From NCBI GenBank assembly GCA_963805625.1, contig CAWDVE010000019.1:648698-712697 (forward strand): DNA of 64,000 nt, read 5' to 3'. The stretch comes from an uncultured Candidatus Rokubacteria bacterium. GTDB lineage: Bacteria > Methylomirabilota > Methylomirabilia > Rokubacteriales > DASRDR01. Positions within the stretch are counted from its first letter, which is position 1; every line of letters starts with the position of its first letter. Of the stretch, positions 59,365-64,000 are shown one piece after another. A program made the translations under genes and the position numbers. The notes beneath the pieces were generated by a model that was given only the letters and a program-made list of their open reading frames with translations, was not told the origin of the DNA and made no database searches.

Positions 59365-62300
59365 CGTGGCCCGGACTGGGGCCTTACGGACTGATGCTGA
59401 AGGCCTGATTGACGTTCGTGAAGGAAGAGCCGGCGGCGGCTCCGCCCCCGACCACGTACACGACGCCGTCGATCGTCCCGCTGGCCGTGCCGTGGCGAGG
59501 CGTGGGCATCGGGTTCAGCTGGCGCCACGTGTCCGCCACCGGATCGTACTCCTCGTTCTGGGAGAACGTGCCGCCGGTGGAGGTGCTCTCCCCTCCCATC
59601 AGCTGCGCTCGCCCGTTCAGCGTGCCGACGGCCATCGTTCGGCGGCCGGTCGGCATCGGGGCCCGAGTCGTCCACACTCCCGTGGCCGGGTCGTACATCT
59701 CCACCGTGTCGAGGGTGCCGTTCACAACGCTGCCGTCGGCGTTCCGCGTCCGCCCACCGAACACGTAGAGCTTGTCGGCGAGCACGGCCGCTCCAGGGTT
59801 ATCTCGCCGGGTGCCCATCGAGGGCCCGGCGCTCCACGAGTCGGTCGAAGGATCATAGACGGCCATCGTTTCCAGCGACGCGCCGCTTCCATCCATGCCG
59901 CCGACCACGTGAATCAGTCCGCCGACGACCTGGGCCGCGGCACCGCCGCGCGCGACGGGCATCGGGGCCAGCGTGGTCCAGTTCGCTGTCACGGGATCGA
60001 ACACGGCGACATTCATGACCGCACCGGAGACGGGGCCAGTCGATCCGCCAAACACGTACAGCCTACCGTCGTACTCCACCACGGCCGGATTTTGGACAGC
60101 CGGCCCGGGCAGGCTTGGACCGGTGGCCCACGTGTCCGTCGCGGGGTCGTACACGTACATCGTCGACTGGGGGCCGCTAGACGTCTGGCCAGCGATCACG
60201 TACAGTTTGCCGTCCAAGGCGGCGCCGCCCGCGTCGAGGATCACCTGGGGCAACGGCTGCCGGGTCGCCCAGCATCCGAGCTTGACCGGCGTGAGGACCG
60301 TCACCATGTTGCCACCGAACTCGCCGACGTAGACGGACCCATCCGGGCCCACGGCTAAGGGGAGGGGATCGTTGAAGCCTCCCGCCAAGGATTCCAGTGC
60401 CACGACCGAGAGTCCGTCGGGGGCGAGTCGCACCCGCGTGATGTCGTCTCCGCTCGAGTAGTTCGCGATCAAGAGGTCCCCCATCAGCGTTCCACAGAAG
60501 GCGTCCGACACGTACTCGATGGTGCCGTTGGCGGAGAGGTGGAAGCCGAGGTTTGCGATCGCGGGCCTGAAGTTCGGCAGCGGGGGCACCCCCTGTTGGC
60601 TCCCGTCGCCGAACACGCACTCGTCGCGCGCCGGATTCGGGTGGCCGTAGTACCCGCCCTCCACCAGCCGGTGCAACGTGTCGGGTTGGACGCCCGGGTC
60701 AAACGCCGCCGAATAGGACACGATGCCCTGACAGTCCGGCGTCGGCGTCCTCGGGAACGTTCCCTGCACACCGAGCCCGTTGTCTGGCGCATAGATCTGG
60801 CCATTGGAGTGGTGCACGAAGTCGTACGCGTTCCGGAGCCCGCTCGCGTAGACCCGCACGTCGCAGGTCGGCGGAATGGTCTTGTCCGCCGTGCCGGTCG
60901 CGTCGTCGACCCAAGACGCGCAGGCGCCTTGGAAGCCGGGGGCGAAGACGTCGGCCACGAGGAGGGCCGCGGACAGGGGTTGCTCGGGGCGCGTGCCGAA
61001 CTCGGTGGTGGCGGTGTTCGGCGCCCCCGCGCCCGTGTTGCCAGCGACCGCGATGTAGAGCCTCTGGTCCGGCCCGAAGTGGAGTGAGTTGACGGCGTGG
61101 TTTGCAATGGCGCGGGGGAGGCCCGTGATGATGTCTTGCTTGACGGCGAACCCCGGTCCGGACAGCCGGCTCACCATGCTCGAGTTGGCTATGCCAGCGC
61201 CAAAGGACGGGCTCGAGTGTGACACCCATAGAGCAACGTCACTCGGGGCGGAGAAGGGATCGACGGTGATCCCCAGGGTAAGTCGGGATCCCAGGGTCGT
61301 GATCACCTGATCGGCGAGCGGCTGTCCGTTGGCATCGAAGGTCACCGCATGGATCTTGCCGAACGCCTCGGTTACGTACAGGCGGTTGTCGGGTCCCCAG
61401 ACCATCGAGGTCGGGAACGGCACCGCGAAGGACGAGCGCACGAACGCGACGTCCCCGGAGGGCGGTGGCGTGGGCGTGTCGTCGGCGACCACGGCGAAGC
61501 GTCCGAAACGTGTACGCAAGCGCCGCCGGCCCGCTGCGGTGGCTGGCCAAAATCCCGCCGAAGCTCCGGGTCCCGATGCGCGGGTCGATGCCTGCCGCGT
61601 CGAAGCTGAAGAACTCCGGCGGCGCGACGACGGTGCCGACGGTCTGCACGGGAGCCCTCGCCGATCCGGTAGGTTCCGGTGAGCTGCCGGTTCGAGGGAT
61701 CCGCGCGAAGGAAGAGCTGCACCGTCGAGCTGCTGAGATTCAAGACGCCCGTCGCCACCGTTCTCAGTCTGGAGTCCGCCGACCTCCAGCAGAAGCTGGA
61801 TCACGGTACCCGAGGAGGTGGAGAGCACGACCAGCTTGACGTAGTTGTCCTCATCGATGCCAAACCAGAGCCCCGCTTGCTCGGAGTTCCCCGATCCCGC
61901 CGGCGGATCGACCAGCGTGGTCGAGAGCAGGCTGACCTGGCTCGGCGCATCGATCCCGACCCCCAAGGCGTTGTCCTGGGAGTTCACGTCGCGGTGGAAC
62001 AGTCCGGACGTCGTCACGATCCGGAGCGCGCCGGCGATGGTGTCGACCGCGAGGTTGGCGGCAATGTACCCCACGCCCCTCGAAGGCCGGTCGATGTAGG
62101 TGAAGCCGGTCCCGATGCCGGCACCGTCGAGGATCTTCCCGTGGTCCTGATCGAACTCCAGCTCATACGGCAGCGAGACCAGGATCTGAGCAGCACGGGA
62201 CCGGCTGACATTCGTCGGGATCCCCCACCGTCAAACTGACGGATGAGGCCATCCGAGACGTAGCCGGGCGCGCTGGCGGTGACGACGGTCGTGTAGGTGC

Positions 62301-64000
62301 CGGCGGCCAGTCCAGCGGCATCGATCGTCAGGGTGACGCTGGCGGGCGTGGAGCCCGTCGTCGGGCTGACGGTGAGCCAGGAGGCGGTCTCGGTGAGCGT
62401 GAAGGCGGCCGTCCCGCTGGCGGTATTCAGGTTGACTTGGGTCGTGGTGCTGCCTCCCTCGGGGACGTTCAGGGTGACGGGGTCGGGGCTCCACGCGAGG
62501 ATGGGGCCGCTGTTGGCCACGGTGAAGGTGGCGCTGACCACCTCGGTGCCGCCGCCGGCCAGGTCCAGGGCGGCCGTGATGACGTGGGCGCCGTCGGCCA
62601 CCTGGGCCGTATTGAACGGCTGCGCCGCGCCGCCGGCTGGCCGTGCCGGCGAAGTCGAACGGCGCGTGGCTCTCGGTCCGGCGGGGCGGCCCCGTCATCC
62701 CGGGGTTGTCCAGGAAGAAGCGCACCCGCGTCACGCCCGTGTCGGGACCGGTGAAGACGTAGATGTTCCCCGCCACGCTCGCCCCCGGCGAGGGCGATCG
62801 GACTGGCGCGGGTGGGGGCGGTGCTGAGGAGCAAACTGTAGCTGTCCGTGCCCACGCGGAACGTCACCGTCAGGGTGTCGGCGAGGTAGCCGGCGGCGGT
62901 CGCGGTCACGGCGGCCGTATACACGCCCGGCGCCAGGCCGGCAGCGTCGGCCATCAGCGTGATGGCGGCGGGCGTCGCCCCGCTGTCCGGGCTGACGGTG
63001 AGCCAGGCGGCCGTTTCGCTCAGCGTGAAGGCCGCCGTCCCGCTCGTGGCGGTGAGCGTGACCTGGGTCGAGGTGTTCCCGCCCTCCGGGACCGTCAGGG
63101 GGACGGGGCCCTCGGGATTCCACGCCAGGGCCGGGGCCTGGTTCGCGACGGTGAAGGTGGCGCTGACCACCTCGGTCCCGCCCGCGGCGAGGTCCAGGGC
63201 CGCCGTGATGACGTGGGCGCCGTCGGCCACCTGGGCCGTGTTGAACGGCTGCGCCGCGCCGCCGCGCGGCCGTGCCGGCGAAGTCGAAGGGGGCGTTGCT
63301 CTCGGTCTGCCGGGGCGCCCCCGACATCCCGGGGTTGTCCAGGAAGAAGCGCACCCGCGTCACGCCCGTGTCGGGACCGGTGAAGACGTAGATGTTCCCC
63401 GCCACGCTCGCCCCCGCGAGGGCGATCGGACTGGCGCGGGTGGGGGCGGTGCTGAGGAGCAAACTGTAGCTGTCCGTGCCCACGCGGAACGTCACCGTCA
63501 GGGTGTCGGTGAGGTAGCCGGCGGCCGTCGCGGTCACGGCGGCCGTATACACGCCCGGCGCCAGGCCGGCAGCGTCGGCCATCAGCGTGATGGCGGCCGG
63601 CGTCGCCCCGCTGTCCGGGCTGACGGTGAGCCAGGCGGCAGTCTCGCTCAGCGTGAAGGCCGCCGTCCCGCTCGTGGCGGTGAGCGTGACCTGGGTCGTG
63701 GTGTTCCCACCCTCCGGGACCGTCAGGGGGACGGGGCCCTCGGGATTCCACGCCAGGGCCGGCGCCTGGTTCGCGACGGTGAAGGTGGCACTGACCACCT
63801 CGGTCCCGCCCGCGGCGAGGTCCAGGGCCGCCGTGATGACGTGGGCGCCGTCGGCCACCTGGGCCGTGTTGAACGGCTGCGCCGCGCCGCTCGCGGCCGT
63901 GCCGGCGAAGTCGAAGGGGGCGTTGCTCTCGGTCTGGCGGGGCGTCCCCGTCATCCCGGGGTTGTCCAGGAAGAAGCGCACCCGCGTCACGCCCGTGTCG
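57380..64000 (-). repeat. ~627-bp intragenic tandem repeat in two arrays (57.4-59.2 kb and 62.25-64 kb)
   Basis: Anchor GGGGTTGTCCAGGAAGAAGCGC at 57854, 58481, 59107, 62702, 63331, 63958. Confidence 0.93.
59384..64000 (-). CDS. Large secreted protein: repeats, lectin-like domain, glucose/sorbosone-dehydrogenase-like propeller, Kelch propeller (5' end beyond window; several frameshifts)
   Basis: GLRNAYD, YYGHPNP, Kelch GG..Y.YDP...W repeats; same repeat unit as the downstream gene. Confidence 0.82.

Noticed and set aside
55534-64000. Diversity-generating retroelement TR/VR pair
   Set aside because: No reverse transcriptase; repeat differences are not adenine-specific and the repeats are coding tandem domains.

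Overview
High-GC bacterial chromosomal window; the gene repertoire is reminiscent of Ca. Rokubacteria/Methylomirabilota, which is an inference only. The left part (1-33.7 kb) is catabolic and housekeeping. It holds a tungsten-type aldehyde:ferredoxin oxidoreductase locus, a DHDPS/NitT-type ABC/LLM operon, a tripartite tricarboxylate transporter, a 2-oxoacid/acetoin dehydrogenase with aminotransferase, amidase and ald, and a Tat carbonic anhydrase. The middle (33.8-42.8 kb) is an accessory island: vapBC, a PrimPol-D5 primase-helicase with iteron-like repeats, a sensor-less sigma54 activator, an IS110 remnant and a partly duplicated MNT/HEPN cluster. The right part (42.8-64 kb) is a cell-surface island: a PEP-CTERM regulatory locus (prsK, prsR, prsT, two PEP-CTERM genes, sigma54 promoters, enhancer boxes) and two large secreted proteins sharing a near-identical ~627-bp Ig-like+BACON repeat. 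Notable non-gene structure includes a GGGGTCAGACTTTGACTTC inverted-repeat element family, with two copies bracketing the carbonic anhydrase, and a hicBA remnant inserted in-frame between duplicated prsR 5' ends. There are six intact TA-type pairs and many deletion scars. Single-base indels are dense right of ~42.8 kb and are probably long-read errors. No rRNA, tRNA or CRISPR array was recognised. All calls are by eye from motifs; no database searches were run.
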